64,000 nt of DNA from an uncultured Thermoleophilia bacterium. GTDB lineage: Bacteria > Actinomycetota > Thermoleophilia > UBA2241. Location: positions 66,777-130,776 of the forward strand of contig CAWCSR010000003.1 of NCBI GenBank assembly GCA_963798285.1. The letters run 5' to 3'. Below the pieces are notes generated by a model. The model ran no database searches. It was not told where the DNA came from and saw nothing but the letters and a program-made list of their open reading frames with translations. Shown here in pieces: positions 8,862 to 18,569 of the stretch. Within the stretch, counting starts at the first letter, position 1; each line of letters begins with the position of its first letter. The position numbers and the translations under genes were made by a program.

Positions 8862-10114
8862 GACGCGCCTCCATCCGGCTCGGCCGCGTCGTGCGGCGGC
8901 ACGTTCTCGTCCGGCGTGCCCTCGGTGTCGGCCTCCCGGCTCGCCTGGTCGGGGGCCGGCTCGGCCGGCGCCTGCGGCGCCGGCGCATCCGGCCCTTCTA
9001 TCCGCTCGCGCACGCCCTTGTTCACGATGGCGCCGTCGCGGGTGAGGACGCTGCCGGCCAGGACTTCGTCGTCCCAGTCGAGCTGCAGTTCGCCGTCCTT
9101 GAGGAACGGTGTGAGGAAGTGCATCAGGTTGCGCGAGTACTGGTCGCTCGCGTGCACCGGCAGCATGCCGGGGATGTTGAGCGGCCCGTAGATGAACACA
9201 CCGTTGGGGTGGTTGTACTGCTCGCCGGGCCGGGTGAGCTCGCAGTTGCCGCCGCCCTCGGCGGCCATGTCGATGATCACGGCGCCGGACTTCATCTTGT
9301 CGACCACGTCGGCCGTGATGAGCTTCGGCGACGGCCGGCCCGGGATGGCGGCCGTCGTGATCACCGCGTCCGCGTCCACGATGTGGCCGTCGACGATCTC
9401 CTTGGCCTTGGCCTTCTCCTCGTCGGTGAGCTCGCGTGCGTAGCCGCCCTCGACCTCGGCGTCGATGCCGGTGTCGATGAAGCGGGCGCCCAGCGACTGC
9501 ACCTGCTCCTTGGTCACCGAGCGCACGTCGTAGGCCTCGACCACGGCGCCGAGGCGCCGGGCGGTGGCGATGGCCTGCAGGCCCGCGACGCCGACGCCGA
9601 GCACGACGACCTTGGCCGGCCGGAGCGTCCCCGCCGGCGTCGTCAACATCGGGTAGTACCGGCCGGCCATGCAGGCGCTCATCAGCACCGCCTTGTAGCC
9701 GGCGATGGACGCCTGGCTCGTCAGCGCGTCCATTGATTGCGCCCTCGAGATGCGCGGCAGCAGTTCGAGGGCGAAGCTGGTGATCTTGTGGTCGCGCATC
9801 GCCTTGATAGCGTCGTCCGCCTTGTACGGCTGCAGGAGGCCGAGGACGACGGCGCCTTCGTGCATCTGGTCGACCTCCGCCGGCGACGGCGGGTCGACCT
9901 TGAGGATGACATCGGCAGAGAGGACGTCGGCGGCCTCGTCGACCAGCGTGGCGGCTGTGAACTCCTCGTCGCGGATGTGACTCAGCTGGCCGGCGCTGCG
10001 CTGCACCAGCACCTCGGCGCCCAGCGCCGCGTACTTCTCGGCCACGGCTGGGACCACGGCCACGCGAGTCTCACCCGTCGCCGTCTCCCGGGCCACGCCA
10101 ATGCGGACTGCCAT
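8858..10114 (-). CDS. pntAA: NAD(P) transhydrogenase subunit alpha part 1
   Basis: MAVRIGVARETATGETRVAVVP..., VVVLGVGVAGLQAIATARRLGA (Rossmann). ATG at 10114 preceded by GAGGAGGG. Confidence 0.9.
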   Translation of the reverse strand: MAVRIGVARETATGETRVAVVPAVAEKYAALGAEVLVQRSAGQLSHIRDEEFTAATLVDEAADVLSADVILKVDPPSPAEVDQMHEGAVVLGLLQPYKADDAIKAMRDHKITSFALELLPRISRAQSMDALTSQASIAGYKAVLMSACMAGRYYPMLTTPAGTLRPAKVVVLGVGVAGLQAIATARRLGAVVEAYDVRSVTKEQVQSLGARFIDTGIDAEVEGGYARELTDEEKAKAKEIVDGHIVDADAVITTAAIPGRPSPKLITADVVDKMKSGAVIIDMAAEGGGNCELTRPGEQYNHPNGVFIYGPLNIPGMLPVHASDQYSRNLMHFLTPFLKDGELQLDWDDEVLAGSVLTRDGAIVNKGVRERIEGPDAPAPQAPAEPAPDQASREADTEGTPDENVPPHDAAEPDGGAS

Positions 10115-10276
10115 CGAACCCTCCTCGTGCGTCGGGCCCGGTCGCGGGCCCGACAGGTCACTTCCCACGCGCAGGGGACGAAAAACCTCGGAGACGTAGT
10201 GGAAACGGATGGCGCCCGGCGGCGCAGTGGACTCGAACGCGGAGGACGGCGTCAGGCGGGCATGCGGCGGGCGGCG

Positions 10277-12076
10277 TCAGACGGGCATGCGGCGCACCGC
10301 CGCGGTCACACAGCCGAGACCGACGTGCGTGGTGAGCACGGCGCCGGCGCGCACGACGGGCACGTCGCCGCCGAGACGCTCGCTGAGGCGGGCGGCGACG
10401 AAGTCCGCGCCCGCCTGGTCGCCGCTGTGCACGACCATCGCCCGGGCCGGCGCGCCGTCCGCGTAGCGCACGACGCGCTTCACGATGGCGTTGAGGGCGT
10501 GGTCGAAGCCGAGCGACACGCCCGCCCTACCGGCCTTGCCGGTCTCGTCGAGGGCGATGATCGGCGCGAGGTGCAGACGGTCCATGGACTTCGCGAGCCG
10601 CGGGCTCACACGCCCGCCGCGCACGGCGAAGTCGAGCGACTTGACCGCGCCGAACACCCTGATCTCGCGCTTGACTCTCTCGGCGATGTGCTCGACCTCG
10701 TCCAGGTCGGCGCCGGGACTGATGGCCTCGCCGACCGCCTCCACGAGCAGGCCGGCGCCGGCCGACACGGAGCAGGAGTCGATGACCCGGATGCGCCCCG
10801 GATCGACTTCCCGCGCCGCGGCTCTGGCGGCCTGCACGGTGCCGGAGAGCGCTCCGGCGATGTGCACCGAGACGACGCCGTCCCGGCACTCAAGGAGCCG
10901 GCGATACGTCTGGACCAGGTCGGCGACCGCCGGCTGCGACGAGCGCGGCGTCCCCGAGCCGGCGAGGATCCGCTGGATGAAGCCGTCCAGCGTGATGTCC
11001 ACGCCGTCGAGGTACTCCTCGTCACCCAGGGTCAGCGTCAGCGGCACCGCCATGATGCCGAGGCCGATGGCCTCGTCCTCGGGGAGGTCGGTCGTCGAGT
11101 CGGTCACGAGCCCGATGGCCGTCGTGCGACAGGCGAGCTGCTGCAGCACCATGTCGTCCACCTTGGTGCGTTCGATGTGGCCGACCTCAGCCACCGTGGC
11201 GAAGAACCGCTTCGGCTCGTTGGTGTGGATGTGCACGCGCAGGCGCGTCTCGCCGCCGGCCACCACGAGCGACTCGCCGAGCTCGGTGACACGGGTCATG
11301 ACGTCCTCGCGGGAGAGTGGCACGCCGCCCCGCTGCGTGAGCAGCGCCTCGGTGCAGAAGCGGAAACGGTCGTCGATCTCGTCGTGCTCGCCGGAGAAGG
11401 GCGGCAGGCCGTGCGCCGACGCCTCGATGGGTACCCAGGCCGGCTCGTTGCCGGTGAGCGAGTCGATCAGGCCCTCGAGGAAGAACACGAACCCCTGCCC
11501 GCCGGCATCCACCACGCGGCTGCGGGCGAGGACCTCCAACTGGCGCGGCGTGGCGGCGAGCGCCTCCCGCGCCGCCACGAGCCCACTGTGCAGCAGTTCG
11601 GGCAGGTCCTCCTCCTGAGCGCGCCGGCTGAGCTCGTGCGACCAGGCGTGCAGCACGGAGAGGATCGTGCCCTCCCGCGGCTCCTGCAGGGCGGAGTAGG
11701 CGGACTCGGTGCCGCGCACGGCCGCGGCCGCGAACTGCGCCCCGTCGGCCTGTCTCAGGCGCTCCATCGACGAGGCGAGCCCGTGGAGGAACTGGGCGAA
11801 GATCGCCCCCGAGTTGCCACGGGCTCCATCCAGGGCGCCGTCTGCGGCGACGCGCGCGGCGTCGCCCACGGAGTCGGGAGCCGTGCTCCCGAGCCTGGAC
11901 GCCGCCGCCTTGAGCGTCGCCGCCAGGTTGGCGCCCGTGTCCGCGTCACGCACCGGAAAGACGTTGATGCGGTTCAGCGTCTCCTGCTCGCGCACCACCG
12001 CGAGCGCTCCCGCGCGCACGGCGCGCGAGAACACCGCTCCGCTGAGTCTGGTGGAGTCGTCGATCGTTTTGGCCAT
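10277..12076 (-). CDS. DAK2 (DhaL-like) domain fused to a DegV fatty-acid-binding domain
   Basis: 599 aa. N-terminal DADTGANL...GARGNSGAIF (DAK2). C-terminal IGLVTDSTTDLPED...SSQPAVADL...HIAGALSGTVQAA (DegV). Confidence 0.8.
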   Translation of the reverse strand: MAKTIDDSTRLSGAVFSRAVRAGALAVVREQETLNRINVFPVRDADTGANLAATLKAAASRLGSTAPDSVGDAARVAADGALDGARGNSGAIFAQFLHGLASSMERLRQADGAQFAAAAVRGTESAYSALQEPREGTILSVLHAWSHELSRRAQEEDLPELLHSGLVAAREALAATPRQLEVLARSRVVDAGGQGFVFFLEGLIDSLTGNEPAWVPIEASAHGLPPFSGEHDEIDDRFRFCTEALLTQRGGVPLSREDVMTRVTELGESLVVAGGETRLRVHIHTNEPKRFFATVAEVGHIERTKVDDMVLQQLACRTTAIGLVTDSTTDLPEDEAIGLGIMAVPLTLTLGDEEYLDGVDITLDGFIQRILAGSGTPRSSQPAVADLVQTYRRLLECRDGVVSVHIAGALSGTVQAARAAAREVDPGRIRVIDSCSVSAGAGLLVEAVGEAISPGADLDEVEHIAERVKREIRVFGAVKSLDFAVRGGRVSPRLAKSMDRLHLAPIIALDETGKAGRAGVSLGFDHALNAIVKRVVRYADGAPARAMVVHSGDQAGADFVAARLSERLGGDVPVVRAGAVLTTHVGLGCVTAAVRRMPV

Positions 12077-12158
12077 CTCACTGGATTTCTACCCCGGCGC
12101 AATCACCCCCGCGCCACGCGGAGGCGCAGACGGCCTCACCCGGCGCCTGGCAGCGCCC

Positions 12159-12665
12159 TCACTTGGCGCCGGGCAGCGCCCCCATCTGCTTGAGCGACTT
12201 GCGCGCCGCGGCGGAGACAGTGGTGTCCGCGTCGCCGAGCGCGCGGCGCAAGGTGTCGAGCCCCCTCGGATCGCCGATCTTGCCGAGCGCCTCGACGCTG
12301 AGCATGCGCAGCAGCGGGTCCGGGTTGTGCATCGCCGTGCAGAGCGGCTCCACCGCGAGCGGGTCCTTCATCACGCCGAGCACGAAGGCGGCGTCCTGGC
12401 GCCGGTGCAGGTGGCCTTCCTTGAGGATGAAGATGAGCCGGTCACGCGCCGCCGGACCGATGAGCACCAGCGCCTCGCGCGACGTCTGGAGCTGCACGAT
12501 GTTCTTGGTCTGGAGGTTTTCGACGATGACGTCCAGCTTGGCCTCCAGGGCCTTGCGTGCCTCCTCGGCGATCGCCGGGTCCTTGTACTTGGCCGCCTTC
12601 ACGAGGCGGTCGATGCTGCCGGAGGCCTTGATCTTGGCGACGTTGGGCGGGCCGAACAGGGCCAC
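12159..12665 (-). CDS. HEAT-repeat protein
   Basis: 168 aa. Repeated ...DPLLRMLSVEALGKIGDPRGLDTLRRALGDAD... HEAT/PBS-lyase-like repeats. Confidence 0.6.
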   Translation of the reverse strand: MALFGPPNVAKIKASGSIDRLVKAAKYKDPAIAEEARKALEAKLDVIVENLQTKNIVQLQTSREALVLIGPAARDRLIFILKEGHLHRRQDAAFVLGVMKDPLAVEPLCTAMHNPDPLLRMLSVEALGKIGDPRGLDTLRRALGDADTTVSAAARKSLKQMGALPGAK

Positions 12666-12913
12666 GGCTCACTCCTCGGGGTCGGATGGGCGCCCCCGCG
12701 GCGCCCGAGGGGCCAGTCTACCCCACAGACGTCCCGAAGGCCGCCGGCCCGCGTGATGCCGGCCTCCCCGGAGAGTGCAGGGTGTCCGCACCCTGTGTCT
12801 TGGTATCTTCGAAGCTACCAGGCACGAGTCACGGGGCCGCATGATGCCCCCCCGGGAGCGGAGTGCACGGCGTGCGCGCATAGGGCCTCCGAGCGTCCTC
12901 TGCGCCCCGCAGC

Positions 12914-13839
12914 CTAGCGCAGGATGCGGTTGGTGACGTCGAGGAGGCGCGCCGGGAGGTCGTGGTAGGTGCGCACCGGAAATACGTCGCCGCGGCCGGC
13001 GTCGGCCAGCTCGCGGCAGAGCTCCGGGTTCATCTTGTAGTCCTCGGTCAGGAGCACGACGAGGTGCGGGAACCGGTGCGCCAGCGGCCGCGGGTCTCCG
13101 CCGGCCGTGACCACGCCGTCGGTGATCAGGAGGCCGCTGCGGCGAGGGTTGCGGCCGCGCTCCAGCTCGGCTGCGCCGAGCGCCAGCCCGGCCTCGATAT
13201 TGGTGTAGCCGCGCACCGGCTGGTCGAGCATGCGCCGGACCACTTCCGCCGGCGGGTCCGGCACGTCGAGGTGCGTCACCGCATTCGCCTTGTCCTCGAA
13301 GACGACCACGGAGAGGTCCTCGGGGTGCAGCTTGAGGGCGAGGACCGCTGCAGCCACGGCGGCGATGGCCATGTTCTCGCCGCTCATGCTGAGCGAGGTG
13401 TCGAGCATGAGCACCACCTGGTGCCGGCGGTCGACCCGCCGCCGGGCGATCCAGTCGGCCGGTTCCGGGAAGGGCTTGCCGAGCACGTTGTCGAGCGTCG
13501 CCTCGACGTCCAGCTCGCCGGCCCACGGCTCGCGCAGCGGCTCGCGCACCGTATGCGTGGCCGACTGCAGCGGGCCCACCAGGCGGGCGGCGCGCTGAAG
13601 CACGGCCCGCGCCGCCAGCCGCTCGGCGTAGAAGCGCAGGCCGGCGTCGGTGATGCGGCAGTCGCTGCGCGTGAGGTTCACGGCGATCGTCCAGCCGTCC
13701 AGATCCTCCTGGCCCACGCGATAACGGGTAGCGAGGGCCGCCAGCGGCGCGTCTCCGGCCGGCGGCTCCGGGGCGCACGACGGCAGGCCGCGGACCTCTA
13801 CGCGGCCTTGATGGCGGAGCGGAGCCCCGCCGATGGAGG
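12914..13839 (-). CDS. VWA-domain protein (MIDAS DTSLSMSG), partner or C-terminal half of the upstream MoxR ATPase; start unresolved
   Basis: Frame of ORF 12914-14599 from ...SLTSIGGAPL onward. Strongly similar to residues ~300-602 of the fused paralog at 15385-17193. No ATG before the VWA core. Confidence 0.7.
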
Positions 13840-14748
13840 TCAGACTTTTGGGGACTCCGGAGGGGCGAGGGCGACGTCGGGGTCCTCGCCACGCTCGACG
13901 ACCAGCTCCAGGAGCTCGTCGAGCGCCGTCCCGAAGTCGGCGTCGATGTCGTCCCGCAGGTCGACGCGTGTGGTCAGTGCGGCTTCGGCCGCGCGGCGCA
14001 GCACCTCGCGGCTCACCGCCCCGCAGGCGTCGCGGTCGTCGGCCCACAGCCGCTCGGCGATCGCCACCGTGGCGATGGCGCCGCGCACCGACGCGCCCTT
14101 GCGAAAGCGCGGGTGCAGCCGCGTCGCCCGCGTGAGCCGCACGGCCGTGCGCACGAGCTCGGTGTCGTCCGAGCCGGTCTCCGCGACCACGATCGCCGCT
14201 TCCTCGTCGGCTCCCTGGTACAGCAGCGCGAGGTGCTCGAAGCGGTCGCGCAGCGCCTCGGAGAGGTGGCCGGTGGCGACGTACTCCACCGGGTTCTGCG
14301 TCGCCACGACCTGGAAACCCTCGGCCGCGCGCACCTCGCCGATGTGCGGCAGCTGCAGCAGTCGCTCGTCCAGCGCCGGCAGGAGTACGTTCTGCACGCT
14401 CTCGGGCATGCGGTTCAGCTCGTTGATGAACAGCACCTTGCCGTCGCGCATCGCTTCGACCAGCGGTCCGGCGAAGAACGCCTCTTCCCCGTACCCCTGC
14501 TTGAGCACGATCGGCGGGTCGAACCAGCCGGTGAGCTTGCTCTCGGAGTAGCGGTCGTCGCCGTCCACGCGCACCGTGTCGCGGCCGAGGTGGCCGCACA
14601 CGGCGAGGGCGACGGTCGTCTTGCCCACGCCCACCGGTCCTTCGAGCAGCAGGTGACGGCCGGCGCCGAGCACGGCCAGGGCGGTAGCCAGTTCGCGCTC
14701 GCGGCCGACGATGCCGTGCTCGCGCTGGATCTTCTCGATGGGAGTCAA
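13840..14748 (-). CDS. MoxR-like AAA+ ATPase
   Basis: 302 aa. Walker A GPVGVGKT, Walker B VLFINELNR, ATQNPVEY..LSEALRDRF. Confidence 0.85.
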   Translation of the reverse strand: MTPIEKIQREHGIVGRERELATALAVLGAGRHLLLEGPVGVGKTTVALAVCGHLGRDTVRVDGDDRYSESKLTGWFDPPIVLKQGYGEEAFFAGPLVEAMRDGKVLFINELNRMPESVQNVLLPALDERLLQLPHIGEVRAAEGFQVVATQNPVEYVATGHLSEALRDRFEHLALLYQGADEEAAIVVAETGSDDTELVRTAVRLTRATRLHPRFRKGASVRGAIATVAIAERLWADDRDACGAVSREVLRRAAEAALTTRVDLRDDIDADFGTALDELLELVVERGEDPDVALAPPESPKV

Positions 14749-14809
14749 GAGCCGGACCTCCGTCCGCTTGTGTCGACGGCCGTCGCCGTCACTTCACGAG
14801 ATGCGACGC

Positions 14810-15352
14810 TCACTCGACGAGGAGGAGCGCGTAGCGATGATACGGCTCGCCCTCCGCCGCCACCACTCGCAGCGGCCAGCCTGCGTTGGCGCTGGTGGTG
14901 AACACGTCGATGCCGCAGCCGGCGAGCCCGGGGCGCAGGCGCTCGCGGCTGGCGCATGCTTCGGGCGAGCCACACGCCGCATCCAGGTCGCACGAGCGGC
15001 CGCCGGCGATGGCGAACGCCTTGTGGTGACCGGCGAGAAAGAGCTCCTGCTCCAGGCGCAGGGCCGTCCGCAGGACCCACGAAGCCGACTTGAGCCACTC
15101 GGAGCGCTCAGGGTGGACGTCGAAGCGCAGGAGAAGCGCGACCTCATACTCGTCGAGAAGCCGGCGCGTCTCGTCGGGCGCCGGAGAATGTGGCGGGCAG
15201 GTCAGGCAGCGGCCCGCCACGTCGCACCCGTACAGGCACTTCCAGCGCACCCACTCCGCGGTGACGACCTGGTCCGGATGCAGGACGGCGGCGGCGCTGG
15301 CGCCGGCCGCCAGCGCCCGGGCCGTCAGGTCGTCGGCGAGTTCGTTGTCCAC
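14810..15352 (-). CDS. DUF2284-like predicted metal-binding protein
   Basis: 180 aa from GTG 15352 (GGAG upstream). KCLYGCDVAGRCLTCPPH plus a second Cys cluster CDLDAACGSPEAC...GCG. Confidence 0.6.
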   Translation of the reverse strand: MDNELADDLTARALAAGASAAAVLHPDQVVTAEWVRWKCLYGCDVAGRCLTCPPHSPAPDETRRLLDEYEVALLLRFDVHPERSEWLKSASWVLRTALRLEQELFLAGHHKAFAIAGGRSCDLDAACGSPEACASRERLRPGLAGCGIDVFTTSANAGWPLRVVAAEGEPYHRYALLLVE

Positions 15353-15384
15353 GCGGCTCCTCTCACTGGTCGGCGCACATGCTC

Positions 15385-17193
15385 TCATCGCAGCACGCGG
15401 TCTGCGACCTCGAGCATGCGGCGCGGGAGCGCCGGGAAGCCGTCGACGCGCACGAGCCCGCCGTCGGCGGCGCGGGCGATGGCCTCGCCGACGTGCAGGC
15501 GCGGCGCGATCCACGTCGTGACCGGCGCGCCGGGGTCGAGGGCCGCCGGCTGCTCCTCCATGAGGAGCACGTGCAGCGGCCCGAACCGCGCCGCCGCCGG
15601 CAGCGGGTCGGCGCCGCTCGTGTGCACGCCGTCGGTCACGAGCAGGCCGCTGCGGCCGGGGTCGCGGCCGCGCTGCAGTTCGGCGTGGCCGGCTCGCAGC
15701 GCGGCCGCGATGTCGGTGCCGCCGCCGCACCGGAAGGCGAGCATGCGCCACACCAGCTCGGCCGGCGCGACCTCTTCGCCGAACCGCGAGATCACGCGGG
15801 CGTCGTCGGCGAACAGGACGACCGCGAGGTCGCCCGGCCGAAGCTTGAGCGCGAGCACGGCCGCGGCCACCGCGGCGAGCGCCATCTTCTCCCCGGCCAT
15901 GCTGAGCGACGTGTCGACCATGAGCACCACCTGGTGCCGGCGGTCGACGCGGCGCTGCACGATCAGGTCGCCCGGCTCCGGGTGCGGCTTGCCGAGCAGG
16001 TTCTCGAGGGTCGCCTCCACGTCCATCTCGCCGCCCCACGGCTCCAGCATCGGCTCGCGGGCCGTGCGCGTGGCCGCCTTGAGCGGGCCGACGAGGCGGG
16101 CGGCGCGCTGCAGCACGGCCCCGGACGCGAGCTGCTGCGCGCACAGGTAGGCGCGCTCGCCGGCATAGTCCAGCGCTCCTGCGCTCAGGTCGCCGGCGAG
16201 CTGCCAGCCGTCGAGGTCCTCGGGCGCCGCGCGCAGGTGCTGCGCCAGCGCGCGGCGGTCGTCCAGCGTGCACGCGGGCGGCTCTGCGGCGGCGGCTTTG
16301 CGCCGCTTCTGCTCGTCCTCCCGCGCGTCCCGCGAGCGCTCCGAGCCGCGGAGGCGGCTCGCGCCATCCGCGGCCGGCGCAGCAAGCGCCGCGAGCGCCG
16401 CCTCCGGGTCTTCCCCGCGCCCGGCCAGCTCGAGGAGCTCGTCGAGCACGGGCGCGAAGCCGGCCGCCGCATCCCGCAGTTCGACACGCGACGTCAAGGC
16501 GGCCGCCGCTGCGGCGCGCAGGTCCTCGCCGCCGGCCGCGAGCTCGACGATCGCCATCGCGCCGCGCACCGACGCCCCGCGGCGCACGCGCGGGTGCACC
16601 CGCGTCCCCCGCGCGAGCCGCACCGCCGTGCGCACGAGCGCGACGTCCTCGCACCCCGTCCCCGCCGCCACGATCGCTTCTTCCTCCGCGGCCGGCTGAT
16701 AGCCCAGCCCGAGGTGTTCGAACCGGTCGCGGATCGCCTCGGAGAGGTGGCCGGTGGCGACGTACTCGGCGGGGTTCTGCGTCGCCACCACCTGAAAGCC
16801 CTCCGCCGCACGCACCGGTCCGAGGTGCGGCACCTGCACGACGCCCTCGTCCAGAGCGGGCAGCAGCAGGTTCTGCGCGGCCTCCGGCAGCCGGTTCAGC
16901 TCGTTCAGGAAGAGGACACGGCCTTCTCGCATCGCCCGGAGCAGCGGCCCGGGGACGAATGCGTCCGCACGGTAGCCGAGCGCCAGGACCAGCGGGGGGT
17001 CGAACCAGCCGGCGAGCCTGCTCTCGGTGAAGCGGTCGTCGCCGTCGACCCGCACGGTGCTGCGTCCGAGCCTCCGGCAGACGGCCAGCGCCAGCGTGGT
17101 CTTGCCCGAGCCCACCGGGCCCTCAAGCAGCAGGTGCCGGCCGCCGGCGACCGCCGCGCACGCGGTGGCCATCTCCTGCTCGCGTCCGATCAT
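15385..17193 (-). CDS. Fused MoxR-like AAA+ ATPase / VWA-domain protein
   Basis: 602 aa single ORF. GPVGSGKT, VLFLNELNR, ATQNPAEY; then DTSLSMAG MIDAS. Paralog of 12914-14748. Confidence 0.85.
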   Translation of the reverse strand: MIGREQEMATACAAVAGGRHLLLEGPVGSGKTTLALAVCRRLGRSTVRVDGDDRFTESRLAGWFDPPLVLALGYRADAFVPGPLLRAMREGRVLFLNELNRLPEAAQNLLLPALDEGVVQVPHLGPVRAAEGFQVVATQNPAEYVATGHLSEAIRDRFEHLGLGYQPAAEEEAIVAAGTGCEDVALVRTAVRLARGTRVHPRVRRGASVRGAMAIVELAAGGEDLRAAAAAALTSRVELRDAAAGFAPVLDELLELAGRGEDPEAALAALAAPAADGASRLRGSERSRDAREDEQKRRKAAAAEPPACTLDDRRALAQHLRAAPEDLDGWQLAGDLSAGALDYAGERAYLCAQQLASGAVLQRAARLVGPLKAATRTAREPMLEPWGGEMDVEATLENLLGKPHPEPGDLIVQRRVDRRHQVVLMVDTSLSMAGEKMALAAVAAAVLALKLRPGDLAVVLFADDARVISRFGEEVAPAELVWRMLAFRCGGGTDIAAALRAGHAELQRGRDPGRSGLLVTDGVHTSGADPLPAAARFGPLHVLLMEEQPAALDPGAPVTTWIAPRLHVGEAIARAADGGLVRVDGFPALPRRMLEVADRVLR

Positions 17194-17274
17194 GACGCCG
17201 ACGGTAGCACGTCGGCTCGCCGGAAACCGGCGGCGAGGGATGAACCCGGACGGCCCGGACGGCCCGGACGGCCG

Positions 17275-18441
17275 TCAGACCTCGAACGCGAACCCGAAGC
17301 CGGCGCCCTGGCTCTCCAGCGGCGCGAGCGGGCTTGGAGGCACGCCCGCGCGAGCGTCGCCGTGGTACTCGCGCGGCGCCACGTCGTTCGGGCCACCGGC
17401 GTAGAGCAGGCTGGCGAGGGCCTGGATCTGGTCTCGCCCGATGCCGAGCTCGAACTGGCCGCCGCCGTAGAGGACCATGCCGGCGGCCTGCGCGCGCTCC
17501 ACGCAGTCGAGCAGCGCGCTCAGGCTCCCGAAGCGTGACGGCTTGATGTTGAGGTTCTTCAGCACGAAGCCTTCGCAGCCGGGGTCGCAGACCTCCGCCA
17601 CCCTCGCGGCGACCGCTTCGACGTCCTGCCACGAGTGGATGGGCGCGTCGAAGCTGAATCGCTCCTCCTGCCCCCGCAACACCTCGCGCGCAGGTCCCTT
17701 GAGTGTCGGATCCTCGAGCACCGTGCCCGGGAACGTCTCGCTCACGAGCCGGTACTGCTCGGCATCGGGCGGATTGTCCACCGGCGACCCTTCGTAGAAG
17801 GACTTGAAGTCGAGGACACGCGCGCGGCCGGTGGCGGCGATGTCGCGCATCAGCGCCTGGTCCCACTCCGGCGTCGGGTCGAGCTTGAACTCGAGTCGCG
17901 GATCGACTGCGAGCCACGGCTTGATGTCGAGACGCGTGCTGAGCACGAAACGGACGGGCTCGTAAGACCGCCCGAGCGCCTCGCCCAGCGTCAGCCTGAC
18001 CTGCCTCAGGGCGAGGTCGAGGGCCGCGCTCTCGAAAGCCCAGCGCCGGTAGTTGCGGAAGAACTCCTCCTGGGGCGGCCTGCCGGGGAACAGGTCCAGG
18101 CCGCTCAGTTGCCGCGAGAACCCGTCCAGTGTCCACTCCCCGGCCAGCGGCAGCGCCGCCGGGTAGTCGTCGTGGTCCTCGGCCGCGTAGGTGACGTCTT
18201 CTCCGCGGCCCTCGAGCCCGCCGCCGGTGAGCACGATCTCCGTCGTCACGCGGCGGAAGCCGCTCGAGACGTCCAGCTCGTGGCGCTCGGTCCGGTAGCC
18301 CTCGACCACCAGCCCGAGATCGGCGAGCCGCGCGTACAGGCCGCCTCGCCCGCCGGCCGCCGGAGTCGGCGCGGCCGGCTCTCTCGCGACGGGCGCTCCC
18401 GCTCCCGGGATGGACACTCCGGATGACGGCTGCGCTTCCAT
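17275..18441 (-). CDS. Enolase-superfamily-like protein (mandelate racemase/muconate lactonizing enzyme-like C-terminal domain), function unknown
   Basis: ATG at 18441 (MEAQPSS...). LKNLNIKPSRFGSLSALLDCVERAQAAGMVLYGGGQFELGIG resembles the MR/MLE barrel end. Confidence 0.45.
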   Translation of the reverse strand: MEAQPSSGVSIPGAGAPVAREPAAPTPAAGGRGGLYARLADLGLVVEGYRTERHELDVSSGFRRVTTEIVLTGGGLEGRGEDVTYAAEDHDDYPAALPLAGEWTLDGFSRQLSGLDLFPGRPPQEEFFRNYRRWAFESAALDLALRQVRLTLGEALGRSYEPVRFVLSTRLDIKPWLAVDPRLEFKLDPTPEWDQALMRDIAATGRARVLDFKSFYEGSPVDNPPDAEQYRLVSETFPGTVLEDPTLKGPAREVLRGQEERFSFDAPIHSWQDVEAVAARVAEVCDPGCEGFVLKNLNIKPSRFGSLSALLDCVERAQAAGMVLYGGGQFELGIGRDQIQALASLLYAGGPNDVAPREYHGDARAGVPPSPLAPLESQGAGFGFAFEV

Positions 18442-18569
18442 GGGCGGCTTCTTCCCCCACAGGCCGAGCCGCAAGCCCGTGAGTGTCCGGGCGCGGTGCA
18501 CGCTCCCGGGCGCGGATGCAAGCTCCCGGGCGTGACGCAGTCTGCGGCGCTCTGGCATACTTGAGCCCC

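Noticed and set aside
10141-10162. The hairpin TCGGGCCCG-gtcg-CGGGCCCGA between the DAK2-DegV gene and pntAA as an intrinsic terminator.
   Set aside because: A 9-bp GC stem with no U-tract on the transcribed (minus) strand, ~25 nt upstream of the pntAA RBS. It could equally be a chance GC palindrome, so it is not listed as a feature.
9737-12193. Very long ORFs antisense to, or out of frame with, recognised genes: 9737-12193(+), 15379-17538(+), 14810-16654(-) N-terminal part, 17123-18601(-), 20923-22443(-), 22821-24491(-), 24850-26211(+), 35712-36467(+), 50736-52184(+), 53615-54922(+), 55854-57791(+), 59756-61726(+).
   Set aside because: All are dominated by R/A/G/P/H/D/E runs with no recognisable domains, and all overlap frames that encode clearly conserved proteins. 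They are stop-poor frames expected at ~70% GC.
13840-14748. The three MoxR/VWA sets as a defence or mobile island.
   Set aside because: No nucleases, integrases, or other mobility or defence hallmarks nearby. MoxR/VWA pairs are classical chaperone/activase modules.
17245-17271. Tandem 9-mer CCCGGACGG x3 just downstream of the enolase-like gene stop.
   Set aside because: Short GC-rich microsatellite in a 80-nt intergenic gap. No evidence of function. Possibly part of a weak hairpin with GACGGCCGTC.
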